From the NCBI GenBank assembly GCA_016935235.1, contig JAFGRJ010000161.1, positions 1 to 50,415 of the forward strand: a stretch of DNA of 50,415 bases, read 5' to 3'. Of the stretch, positions 35,783 to 44,196 are shown piece by piece; the stretch's first letter is position 1, and the number at the start of each line of letters is the position of its first letter. A program made the translations under genes and the position numbers. Source of the stretch: Candidatus Cloacimonadota bacterium (GTDB taxonomy: Bacteria; Cloacimonadota; Cloacimonadia; Cloacimonadales; TCS61). The notes beneath the pieces are model-generated. The model was not told where the DNA came from. It did no database searches and saw only the letters and a list, made by a program, of their open reading frames with translations.

Positions 35783-38179
35783 CTACTCGTACTTCAGGAT
35801 ATCAACCGGGTTGATTCTGGCTGTTCTGATAATCTGAGCACTCATAGTTGTAAAGGCTATGAACAAAGCCAGCAATCCTGACATAATGAACACCCATATA
35901 CTGATGGTTGTACGATAGGCGAAATTTTGCAGCCATTTATTCATCAGGAAATAGGATATGGGCCAAGCTACCAGATTTGCCAGCAGGATGAGCTTATTAA
36001 AATCCCTGCTGAGTAGTAACAGGGTATCTTTTAGGGAAGACCCCAGCACTTTGCGGATGCCTATCTCCTTTAATTTTCTCTGCAAGACATAGGAAGAGAG
36101 ACCGAACAAACCGAGGCAGGCAATAAAAATTGCCAGGAGTGTAAAATACAGAAATATTTCCCCCATTTTTCTCTCTCCCTGGTGAATGCTGTCGAATCTC
36201 TCGTCCAGGAAAAAGTAATCAAAAGGCATATCAGGATTCATCTCCTGCCATTTATCCCGGATCAAATCTAATGTTTTGAATATATTGCCAACTGCCAGTT
36301 TTATGCTCAGAGTAGAATTACCCCCTTCATTTGAATAGAAAACCATAGGTTCTATCTTATTCCGTAATGGATTCACGTGGAAATCCTCCACCATTCCTAT
36401 CACGGTGAAAGCTCCCGGATTTTCCCCGTCAGCATTGAAGGGATCCTTTATGATTTTGCCAAGGGGATCATCCCACCCCAGATTTTTTGCCAGGGTCTCA
36501 TTTATTATTAATGACATGTCCTCACTGGCATAGTCACTGGAAAAATTCCTTCCGGCTTTTAAACTTATGGCAAATGCTTCCAGGAAATCATAATCAATAA
36601 CCATGGTTTTAAACAACCAGGGTTGTTCCTCGTCATAACCCTCAGGCAGAAAACCATGGCCCTGACATGCCCCAGAACCGGGGAAATTACTGGAAATAGT
36701 TATCTTGTTAATTCCGGGGATTTGCTCGAAGGTACTTTTCAATAAAGGCGCTCTTTGCATCAATTCATTACCTCGCAGTGGAATGATCAGAACATGTTCC
36801 TTGTCAAAACCGAGTTTTTTAGTACGATAATACTGAATCTGCTTGTAGATTACAATAGTTGAACTGATCAGGGCTATAGAAATGATGAATTGAAATATGA
36901 CCAGGATGTTGCGAAAAATATATTTCTTATGACCTGCCACTGTAGAGCCTTTTATGACATTGACCGCCTTGAAGGCGGAAAGGTAGAAAGCCGGATACAA
37001 TCCAGCAGCCATTCCCAGCAGGAACACAAATAAAGCAACTGTTAGAAGCATTTTCCACCCTGGCAGGAAATATATATTCATTTCTTTGCCGACTAGATTA
37101 TTGAATAATGGCAGCAGCAATTCTATCATAACAAAGGCAACTATGGCTGCTATTATGGTAATGGACATGGATTCCCAGAGAAATTGCATTATCACTTTCT
37201 TCCTGCTGGCACCAATGATTTTACGAATACCTATCTCTTTTGCCCGTATAGTGTAATGGGCAGTGGTGAGATTGATAAAATTGACGCAGGCAATAAATAA
37301 TATGAAAAGGGCAATGGCTGAAAAAATATAAATATAGATGATATTGCCATCATTGCCCATATTATAGGACAGATCTGAATACAGGTGAATGTCCTTTACC
37401 GGTTCCAGATTCAGGTAAAAGGACATCCCATGGATCTCTGGGTCAATACCCATTTTATCCATCACCAGATTTCTTATTTTCTGGGTAAACTGCACTGGAT
37501 CAGTATTCTCCTCCAGTCTGATATAGGTATAATTACTGAAAAGTCCCCAGTTCTGGGGGATATCATCGTATAGCTGTTCCAGGGAAATCAGGGCATTGAA
37601 TTTGAGATGCGAGTTGGAAGGTATATCAGCAAATACTCCTGTTACTGTGTAATTATCTGCATTGTTGACCAGCAATATCTTGCCCAGCGGGTCCTCATCT
37701 CCGAAATACTTTTTTGCCAGGGACTGGCTTATTAAGACACTCCTGGGTTCTTCCAGCATCGTGTCTCGGTTTCCTGCCAGCATTTCATAAGAAAAGACAT
37801 TGAAGAAATCCCTGCCCACGGGATAAATGGAATTCTCAAAAAACAGCTTGTCAGCATGCTTAACCACTACTTTGGAAATAGATTGACCAACTGTAACAGC
37901 ATTTATAACCTCTGGAAAATCACGCTGTAGAACGTCCGCCAGGAGTGGCATGGTAACAGCATATTCTATCTCTTGCCCGGTAATGGCACCGGTTATATAA
38001 ATCCGGAAAAGGTCCTGATATTCAACATGGAAACGATCATAACTCAGTTCATGAAAAATGAAGATGGTAATTAGAAAACAGACGGTTATGCCCATTGCCA
38101 GTCCGATTATGTTAATAAATGAAAATCCTCTGTGTTTTTTCAGATTGCGAATGAGAACCTTGAAGATATTAGCAAACAT
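35783..38179 (-). CDS. FtsX/MacB-type ABC transporter permease (double FtsX domain, about 800 aa)
   Basis: The N-terminal 'IRNLKKHRGFSFINIIGLAMGI' TM1 is followed by a large periplasmic domain, and two 4-TM FtsX-like blocks are present. AAGGAGG lies before the ATG. No adjacent ATPase gene is present. Confidence 0.75.
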   Translation of the reverse strand: MFANIFKVLIRNLKKHRGFSFINIIGLAMGITVCFLITIFIFHELSYDRFHVEYQDLFRIYITGAITGQEIEYAVTMPLLADVLQRDFPEVINAVTVGQSISKVVVKHADKLFFENSIYPVGRDFFNVFSYEMLAGNRDTMLEEPRSVLISQSLAKKYFGDEDPLGKILLVNNADNYTVTGVFADIPSNSHLKFNALISLEQLYDDIPQNWGLFSNYTYIRLEENTDPVQFTQKIRNLVMDKMGIDPEIHGMSFYLNLEPVKDIHLYSDLSYNMGNDGNIIYIYIFSAIALFILFIACVNFINLTTAHYTIRAKEIGIRKIIGASRKKVIMQFLWESMSITIIAAIVAFVMIELLLPLFNNLVGKEMNIYFLPGWKMLLTVALFVFLLGMAAGLYPAFYLSAFKAVNVIKGSTVAGHKKYIFRNILVIFQFIISIALISSTIVIYKQIQYYRTKKLGFDKEHVLIIPLRGNELMQRAPLLKSTFEQIPGINKITISSNFPGSGACQGHGFLPEGYDEEQPWLFKTMVIDYDFLEAFAISLKAGRNFSSDYASEDMSLIINETLAKNLGWDDPLGKIIKDPFNADGENPGAFTVIGMVEDFHVNPLRNKIEPMVFYSNEGGNSTLSIKLAVGNIFKTLDLIRDKWQEMNPDMPFDYFFLDERFDSIHQGERKMGEIFLYFTLLAIFIACLGLFGLSSYVLQRKLKEIGIRKVLGSSLKDTLLLLSRDFNKLILLANLVAWPISYFLMNKWLQNFAYRTTISIWVFIMSGLLALFIAFTTMSAQIIRTARINPVDILKYE

Positions 38180-38227
38180 TCTACCTCCTTGATGTATTCA
38201 TTATTTCCATGATCTGATAAATTTTGA

Positions 38228-38242
38228 GCAAAAGCTGTGCCA
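38228..38242 (-). promoter_or_regulatory. Candidate sigma54 (-24/-12) promoter, TGGCACagcttTTGC
   Basis: The minus strand reads 5'-TGGCACAGCTTTTGC-3' with exact consensus halves and spacing. It ends 49 nt upstream of ATG 38179. Confidence 0.6.
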
Positions 38243-38591
38243 GGATTAGAATCGTGAAAATTCAATCATAACGCATATCTGAAGGATAAAACTGAAATAT
38301 CGACTGCACGTAATCGGACAAGGCGCGTTCAGATTCAGACAGTAAAACTAAAATATCTGTCTTCTCACTGACCTTATCAGGAAAAAATCATCTTAAAGAA
38401 GAAAGGGGAAGAGTATTATGCTGTGTAATGAAAAATTGTCGCATTCCGCCGATAATTTGCAATTTTGAATAGGCATTCTTTGCAGAAATATATCCATTTC
38501 ATAACATATCCTCTGAAAAGAAAAAGATCAAAGAGATTTAACTTTCTTATTCATAATAAGTTAGGCGATAAGTAGATTTATTTATTCAGTT

Positions 38592-38606
38592 TGGCAGAAA
38601 ACTTGC
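38592..38606 (+). promoter_or_regulatory. Candidate sigma54 (-24/-12) promoter, TGGCAGaaaacTTGC
   Basis: Matches TGGCA-N6-TTGC with the correct GG/GC spacing. It ends 36 nt upstream of ATG 38642, with the SD TAGGAGG in between. Confidence 0.6.
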
Positions 38607-38641
38607 GTATTTACTGATCAAAATCTACGTAGGAGGACAGA

Positions 38642-40777
38642 ATGAAGACACAATTGCTTTTGCTTCTGATTGTACTTACAGCAGGTATCATCTGGGCTCA
38701 TGAATTACAGCAGCCTTTCCTGCGCGCTGAGTTCACAGATCCCCATCATTTTCGGATAATTGCAGATCAAGAACGCAATGATCACCCCGAGATCACCTTC
38801 GAGACCGGGCCATCAACCATTACTTTTTCCATGTACGATTATATGCCGGGTGGTTACAATATCCCGCCTTTCGGAAACCAGCCTGTAATTTCCCAACCTG
38901 AAGGTTTCCCGGCTGATGGTATATATCTAGCCTTCATGTATCAGCAGAATTCCGTTTCCCTGCGCCGGATCTATTACACATACATAGATTCCCAGGGTAA
39001 TTTCCAGCCACCTAACGCTGTCAGCAGTACCAATATCAAGGAAGGTTTTGCCGGTATTGCTGTTGATCCCGTAACTGCTAATCCTTTTGTTGCCTGGCAT
39101 AATATTGTTGAACCGGATGAATCGTATGATTGTTCATTCAGTTTTGACTTGTTCAATGTCATTGGCAGCCCGGGGCTCTGGAACCAGGCTGAGATATTTG
39201 TGGATAATCCGGAACTGGGAGTGGATCTGGTGGGAATTAATGGTGCTGAGTATATCTGGCCTGAATTGCGTATTGGTCCCTCTCCTTTGCCAGGCTACCA
39301 GCGCCTGCATGTTCTTGTGACCAACAGCAATCCCAACGGTCAGGGCGATTTTCTGGATAACATAATCTATGGTTATAGCGATTTTCAATATGATGAAAAC
39401 AGCTATACCATGTTACTCACTGACTGGTCGTTTCAAACCTTTCCGGAAATAGATGATTGGTGGATCAATGATATTAAAAGAGCGATAAAGGATTACGCTG
39501 TGTCGGATGATGGTCAGGTACTTATTATCGGTCATGCCGGACAGAGTTATCTTGCGTATCACAGTACCGACTATGGTGAGAGTTTCACATATATTGAACA
39601 GGAAGCCTGCTGGGACATTTTCGAACCATATATCATCGATCCTGGCACCGGTGAACCACTGGAGCCATATTTCGAAGGCGAGGATTGCATGATCGAACCC
39701 AACAGTGATGGCAAGCATTACAATGTTCTTTTTATCGCCGACAACTCCAAAGCTATCTTCATGACAGCCTTCGGAGTTAATACCTATGAGAATGTGGATG
39801 ATCACCTTTATCTGCCAGCCTTCTTCGAACCCAAGATCGTTATTTTTGATATTGCCACCCAGCAGTTCACATTCACTGATCTGCAGGTACCCGGGCTTGA
39901 TGCCTATGATGATCAGCCCATGATCCCCTGGGACTTGAATGAAGATGGCGAGGTTGATGAATATGATGAGGATGGTTACCCGGTTTTCGTGGATTGCTGG
40001 CCAACTTATTTTTACGCAGGAGATTATGGTAACGGCTCTTTCCATGAGAGCCTGTTTAAGATGGCTAAGAATGAAGAGATGGGCTGGCTGGTAACTCTTT
40101 TTCAGGATGGGCGTAAACTCAAGAATGCTTTTTATGATGAACCTGGTTATGAAGAATGGATAGATACACCTGAAATTGCCATCGCCGCCTCCTTCGACAA
40201 CGGTGAAACATGGTCTTACCCATCCTATCTCAACGCTAAAACCGGTGATGAAAACTACTTCCCCGAACTGGAGGGTATGATCCCCGAGTATGTATATATT
40301 TCTGAAGAGATCGAATACGTTGATGAAAACCTGGGACGCATTCATATGTTCTTCCTCGACGACTATAGCTATGGATCCTTTGTCGGGCAGAACAACCATG
40401 GCCTTCAGAATGGCGGTGATCTTACCTATGCTACTCTTCTGGTAAATTTCGATTTTGAACCCATGCAGTTTACTTCCAACGACAATAAAATAGTGCAATC
40501 TTCTCTGAAGTTGTATCAGAACTATCCCAATCCCTTCAATCCGGTCACCAATATCAAGTTCAGCCTAAAAACAGCTGATCATGTTACCCTGGAGGTATTC
40601 AATATCAAGGGTCAAAAAGTCAGGACATTGGTCAATGATTACCGCTCCTCTGGTGATTATCAGGTTACCTGGGATGGACGCGATGAAAAATATTCTCCAG
40701 TAAATAGCGGACTCTATCTGTACAAATTAAGGGTTGGTAAAGAAACCTCAACCCGTAAGATGCTTCTGCTTAAATGA
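38642..40777 (+). CDS. Secreted BNR/Asp-box (sialidase-fold-like) protein with a T9SS type-A C-terminal sorting domain
   Basis: Has a signal peptide (MKTQLLLLLIVLTAGIIWA) and Asp-box-like 'STDYGESFTY' and 'SFDNGETWSY'. The C-terminal 'LYQNYPNPFNPVTNIKFSL...GLYLYKLRVG' is the Por secretion tail / FlgD-Ig-like domain. Confidence 0.75.
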   Translation: MKTQLLLLLIVLTAGIIWAHELQQPFLRAEFTDPHHFRIIADQERNDHPEITFETGPSTITFSMYDYMPGGYNIPPFGNQPVISQPEGFPADGIYLAFMYQQNSVSLRRIYYTYIDSQGNFQPPNAVSSTNIKEGFAGIAVDPVTANPFVAWHNIVEPDESYDCSFSFDLFNVIGSPGLWNQAEIFVDNPELGVDLVGINGAEYIWPELRIGPSPLPGYQRLHVLVTNSNPNGQGDFLDNIIYGYSDFQYDENSYTMLLTDWSFQTFPEIDDWWINDIKRAIKDYAVSDDGQVLIIGHAGQSYLAYHSTDYGESFTYIEQEACWDIFEPYIIDPGTGEPLEPYFEGEDCMIEPNSDGKHYNVLFIADNSKAIFMTAFGVNTYENVDDHLYLPAFFEPKIVIFDIATQQFTFTDLQVPGLDAYDDQPMIPWDLNEDGEVDEYDEDGYPVFVDCWPTYFYAGDYGNGSFHESLFKMAKNEEMGWLVTLFQDGRKLKNAFYDEPGYEEWIDTPEIAIAASFDNGETWSYPSYLNAKTGDENYFPELEGMIPEYVYISEEIEYVDENLGRIHMFFLDDYSYGSFVGQNNHGLQNGGDLTYATLLVNFDFEPMQFTSNDNKIVQSSLKLYQNYPNPFNPVTNIKFSLKTADHVTLEVFNIKGQKVRTLVNDYRSSGDYQVTWDGRDEKYSPVNSGLYLYKLRVGKETSTRKMLLLK

Positions 40778-40784
40778 GATATAT

Positions 40785-40823
40785 GGGAAAGCAGTTTTCA
40801 CCTGCTGCTTTCCCTGTTTTTTT
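40785..40823 (+). terminator. Rho-independent terminator
   Basis: GGGAAAGCAG-N10-CTGCTTTCCC is followed by TGTTTTTTT, 8 nt after the stop codon. Confidence 0.75.
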
Positions 40824-40843
40824 AATATTGATTGGAAGATTAT

Positions 40844-41395
40844 ATGAATGTTCTTGTCTTGCACGGCAGTCCCAGAAAAAATAAGAACTCAGATACGCTG
40901 GCAGATTTTTTCCTCAAGGGTCTGCAAAGTAATGGTAAAAGACGAATCCGTCATTTCTATCTCAACGATCTGAAGATAAAACCCTGCCAGGGCTGCCTGC
41001 ACTGCTCCATGGCTCCTGAACATGAATGCAGCATCAGTGATGACATGGGCCTGATTTACACTGCCTATAAAGAGGCAGATTTGATCGTATTTACCACCCC
41101 CATGTACTGGGGATATATGACCGCGCAAATGAAAACTGCTTTCGACAGGATGGAAGCCCTAGCCTGGCAGGGTTTTGCCGGAAAAATCTTCGTAGTCCTC
41201 ATAACCTATAATTTTCACTGTCAGTCAACTCTTGAATTCTTCCAGAGAATATCTCCCTTCTTTAAAATCAGGCTGCATTACATATCCTGCCGCACTTACG
41301 ACCATATTCACCACCATGAAATCCCTGTAGCGGATTGTCAGGCTGAACTCCAGCAAGCTTATAACCTGGGGAAAACAATTGGAGCCACAGAATAA
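40844..41395 (+). CDS. Flavodoxin-fold NAD(P)H-dependent FMN reductase, iron-sulfur flavoprotein (Isf)-like
   Basis: 'MNVLVLHGSPRKNKNSDTL' is an FMN-reductase N-terminus. The compact Cys motif 'CQGCLHCSMAPEHEC' is CX2CX2CX7C. ATG 40844 is preferred over the TTG at 40832. Confidence 0.7.
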   Translation: MNVLVLHGSPRKNKNSDTLADFFLKGLQSNGKRRIRHFYLNDLKIKPCQGCLHCSMAPEHECSISDDMGLIYTAYKEADLIVFTTPMYWGYMTAQMKTAFDRMEALAWQGFAGKIFVVLITYNFHCQSTLEFFQRISPFFKIRLHYISCRTYDHIHHHEIPVADCQAELQQAYNLGKTIGATE

Positions 41396-41516
41396 ATAAT
41401 CCAAATGATAAATCAGTAATAAACTTTCAACAATTATTGCATTATTTTAAATTGATGTTTTTACTTTGACAAATTGTTGATATATTAATCTTCTGTCACC
41501 AAAAAGAGGAGGTTAT

Positions 41517-41615
41517 ATGGGTAAAGGTGACCAGAGAACGGGAAGAGGAAAGATATTCCGTGGTTCCTACGGCAAGAAAAGACCGAGAAAAGATAAAAAC
41601 AAAAAAGACAAGTAA
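41517..41615 (+). CDS. 30S ribosomal protein bTHX (32 aa)
   Basis: Not in the ORF track because it is under 60 aa. It translates to [32 protein letters not shown], closely matching my recollection of Thermus Thx ([25 protein letters not shown]). AGAGGAGG lies 6 nt before the ATG. Confidence 0.8.
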   Translation: MGKGDQRTGRGKIFRGSYGKKRPRKDKNKKDK

Positions 41616-41762
41616 TTTTCCCACCTTTTATCTGATTTCAATATAAACACTTAACTGATAATTTTCTAACAGAAAATATGAATTGATCTACAAACCTGAA
41701 AATTTATTTAACCTTTTATTCTCGCTAGAGCAAAAAAAATCCCGAAATTGATCGGACTGGCT

Positions 41763-43550
41763 TTACTCCCACTCTATCGTCCCGGGCGGTTTCGTGGTGA
41801 TATCGTAGAAAATTCGTCCAACTCCCGGTAATCCCTGTACCTGTTGAATAATCTGGTGAAGATAGGAAAAGTCCATTTCATAGACGTCAGCCGTCATAGC
41901 GTCAAGAGAGCGGACGGGTCTGAGAATAAAAATCAACTTACCTGCTTCATCAATGAATGGAAGACTTACTATAGGCATTTGCCAGATCTCGGTTAAATGA
42001 GATGTTTTCTTGCTGAAAAAAGCATCCACCTGACGCAGAAGTTCAAGATTCTGCCTGGTCAGATAATGAGATATCAGTTGTGGTTCACCCTGCAGCTGAT
42101 CCAGCGAGTAGACGACCCTGTTGACCGATTCCAGATTATTGATCAATTTGGAAGAAATCATGTGCAATAGGTTCCAGGTGACATCAATCCCCTCATCAGA
42201 CCAGATCACAGCCGGGTGGTGATAGGTCCGGAAATCTCCCTGCACACCCACGCTGAACACCGGCAGGATCAAACCGGAAAAACCATGAGCCGAAAGCATT
42301 GACAGCAATAAAGGTTGTTCCTTTCTGAAATCATCCTGACTGATTCCCTGGGAAGCCAGTAAACGGATTGCCAATCCCGGACCGGGAAAAGGCTGGCGGT
42401 GAACCAAATTGGACGGCAAGCCAAGCTCTTCTCCCAGCATGCGCACTTCATCTTTGTACAGCTCTCTGATCGGTTCAATTACCTTCCCCTGTGCTATCAA
42501 CTCCTCAATTTCAGCAACGCGGTTATGATGAGTTTTGATCTTCGCCGCTTTGGCTGTGAAACCACTTTCTATAGTATCAGGATAAATTGTCCCCTGTACA
42601 AGCAGCCAGTTCCGCTCAAATTTCAGCTTCTTCAGTTCTTCATGCACGATATCCACAAACAGTTTACCTATGATCAATCTTTTTTCTTCCGGATCAGTAA
42701 CTCTCCCAAGTTCTTTTAAGAACAGGTTCTCAGCCTTTATGATCCTGACATTGTCATACTGTAGCTCTTGCAAATGAGCCATGACCTGTTTTGATTCATT
42801 CAGGCGCATGAATCCTGTATCGACATGAATGGAAAACACCCTGTTGTTACCAAGAGCAGCAATACATAATTCCAGTGCCACCAGAGAATCTACTCCTCCG
42901 GAAAGTAGCAGAATCAGCTTATTATTACCTGCTTCCCGGCGTATCCGGTCCAGAATCGTTTTTTTGAAGTTAACCGGTTTCCAGGTTCTCTCTGCCTGGC
43001 ATATTCTAAGAAAATTATCCAGCATTTGCATACCGGCGCGCGTATGTGTTACTTCAGGATGAAATTGCACTCCGTAAATCCTGCCGTCTCCCGATTGCAT
43101 GGCTGCAATTTCAACACTGGCAGAGGATGCCGTCTTCTCGAAATCGGCAGGAAGCTCCAGAACATGATCGCCATGACTCATCCAGACTTGCTGTTCTGGG
43201 GATAGTCCTTGAAAAAAGGGAAACTGGGGATCGCAGGTAATTTCAGCCATTCCATATTCCTTATTGCTGCCTGAACTTACCTTACCACCGAAGACAACTG
43301 CCAGAAGCTGATGTCCGTAACATATGCCAAGTACCGGGATCTTCAGATTGTGAAAATCTATGCCAGTTCTTAAAGCATCTTCGGCATTAACCGACCTTGG
43401 CCCTCCAGACAGTATGATACCTGCCACTTCTTTAGCAGCGATCCTGTCCTCCGGTTGGTAGATCTGGCTGTATACACCAAGGGAGCGGATGCGGCGTGCT
43501 ATAAGATGCGTGTACTGACCGCCGAAATCAATTATGGCAATTCTGATCAT
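41763..43550 (-). CDS. guaA: GMP synthase (glutamine-hydrolysing), long form with an expanded C-terminal domain
   Basis: Has a GATase N-terminus 'IAIIDFGGQYTHLIARRIRSLGV', the PP-loop 'LSGGVDS', 'FPGPGLAIR' and the C-terminal 'KPPGTIEWE'. It is 595 aa, against about 515-525 aa for typical bacterial GuaA. Confidence 0.85.
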   Translation of the reverse strand: MIRIAIIDFGGQYTHLIARRIRSLGVYSQIYQPEDRIAAKEVAGIILSGGPRSVNAEDALRTGIDFHNLKIPVLGICYGHQLLAVVFGGKVSSGSNKEYGMAEITCDPQFPFFQGLSPEQQVWMSHGDHVLELPADFEKTASSASVEIAAMQSGDGRIYGVQFHPEVTHTRAGMQMLDNFLRICQAERTWKPVNFKKTILDRIRREAGNNKLILLLSGGVDSLVALELCIAALGNNRVFSIHVDTGFMRLNESKQVMAHLQELQYDNVRIIKAENLFLKELGRVTDPEEKRLIIGKLFVDIVHEELKKLKFERNWLLVQGTIYPDTIESGFTAKAAKIKTHHNRVAEIEELIAQGKVIEPIRELYKDEVRMLGEELGLPSNLVHRQPFPGPGLAIRLLASQGISQDDFRKEQPLLLSMLSAHGFSGLILPVFSVGVQGDFRTYHHPAVIWSDEGIDVTWNLLHMISSKLINNLESVNRVVYSLDQLQGEPQLISHYLTRQNLELLRQVDAFFSKKTSHLTEIWQMPIVSLPFIDEAGKLIFILRPVRSLDAMTADVYEMDFSYLHQIIQQVQGLPGVGRIFYDITTKPPGTIEWE

Positions 43551-43599
43551 TCATTATTTCCGGAATCCATGTTTTATGTTTCAGGTAAAACATGACAGT

Positions 43600-44184
43600 T
43601 CAAGAACGGATACTCAGCAGAAGGTTACGCAGGCACTCGCTGTAAAACACATGTTCAACAGCCAGACCTCGCTTCTCCACCTCAATGATATCTTGCGCTC
43701 CTGTTAAATCAACATCTTTCTGAGCAATTATTCTGCCACTGTCCAATCCTTCATCAACAAAATGCACTGTTATCTTGGTAGTGTTCAAACCCTTTTCCCA
43801 GGCCCATGCGTAGCCATGCAGGCCCCGGTGTTTCCTGGTATCGGCTGGATGAATATTGATTATTCTGTCAGGAAATGCTCGCACTATTTCTACAGGTAAT
43901 ATTCTCATATACCCGGCCAGAACGATGAGATCGGGTTGCATTGATCTCAGGAAATCCAGTAATTTCCTGTTGTACTCTGTTTTTGTCTTGCCGCGGGAAG
44001 ATATGACTTGAACAGGTATCCCTTTCTCACAGGCAAGGGCAATCCCGGGTGCATCAGATTTATTGGAAAATACAGTCACGATTTCGCAAAGGTTCTGAAG
44101 AATGCCATGATCAACATTTTCAGCAATAGCTTTCATGTTGCTGCCACGACCGGATATGAGAATGAGAATCCTTTTTTTGCTCAT
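43600..44184 (-). CDS. purN: Phosphoribosylglycinamide formyltransferase
   Basis: Contains 'ILILISGRGSNMKAI', 'LIVLAGYMRIL' and 'IINIHPA', which are typical PurN motifs. Confidence 0.85.
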   Translation of the reverse strand: MSKKRILILISGRGSNMKAIAENVDHGILQNLCEIVTVFSNKSDAPGIALACEKGIPVQVISSRGKTKTEYNRKLLDFLRSMQPDLIVLAGYMRILPVEIVRAFPDRIINIHPADTRKHRGLHGYAWAWEKGLNTTKITVHFVDEGLDSGRIIAQKDVDLTGAQDIIEVEKRGLAVEHVFYSECLRNLLLSIRS

Positions 44185-44196
44185 AATAATAAAATT

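Noticed and set aside
35687-35881. 64-aa plus-strand ORF after the methyltransferase
   Set aside because: It overlaps the 3' end of the convergent FtsX permease gene on the opposite strand, and it has no SD or recognisable motif.
39413-40498. 361-aa ORF on the minus strand
   Set aside because: It lies entirely antisense to the well-supported BNR/T9SS gene (38642-40777). Its composition is low-complexity and Ile/Phe/Lys-rich, typical of the reverse frame of a real gene, and it has no SD.
41732-41757. Possible terminator after guaA (minus strand: CCGA-UCAAUU-UCGG followed by GA and U8)
   Set aside because: The stem is only about 4 bp. The U-run is good but the hairpin is too weak to call.
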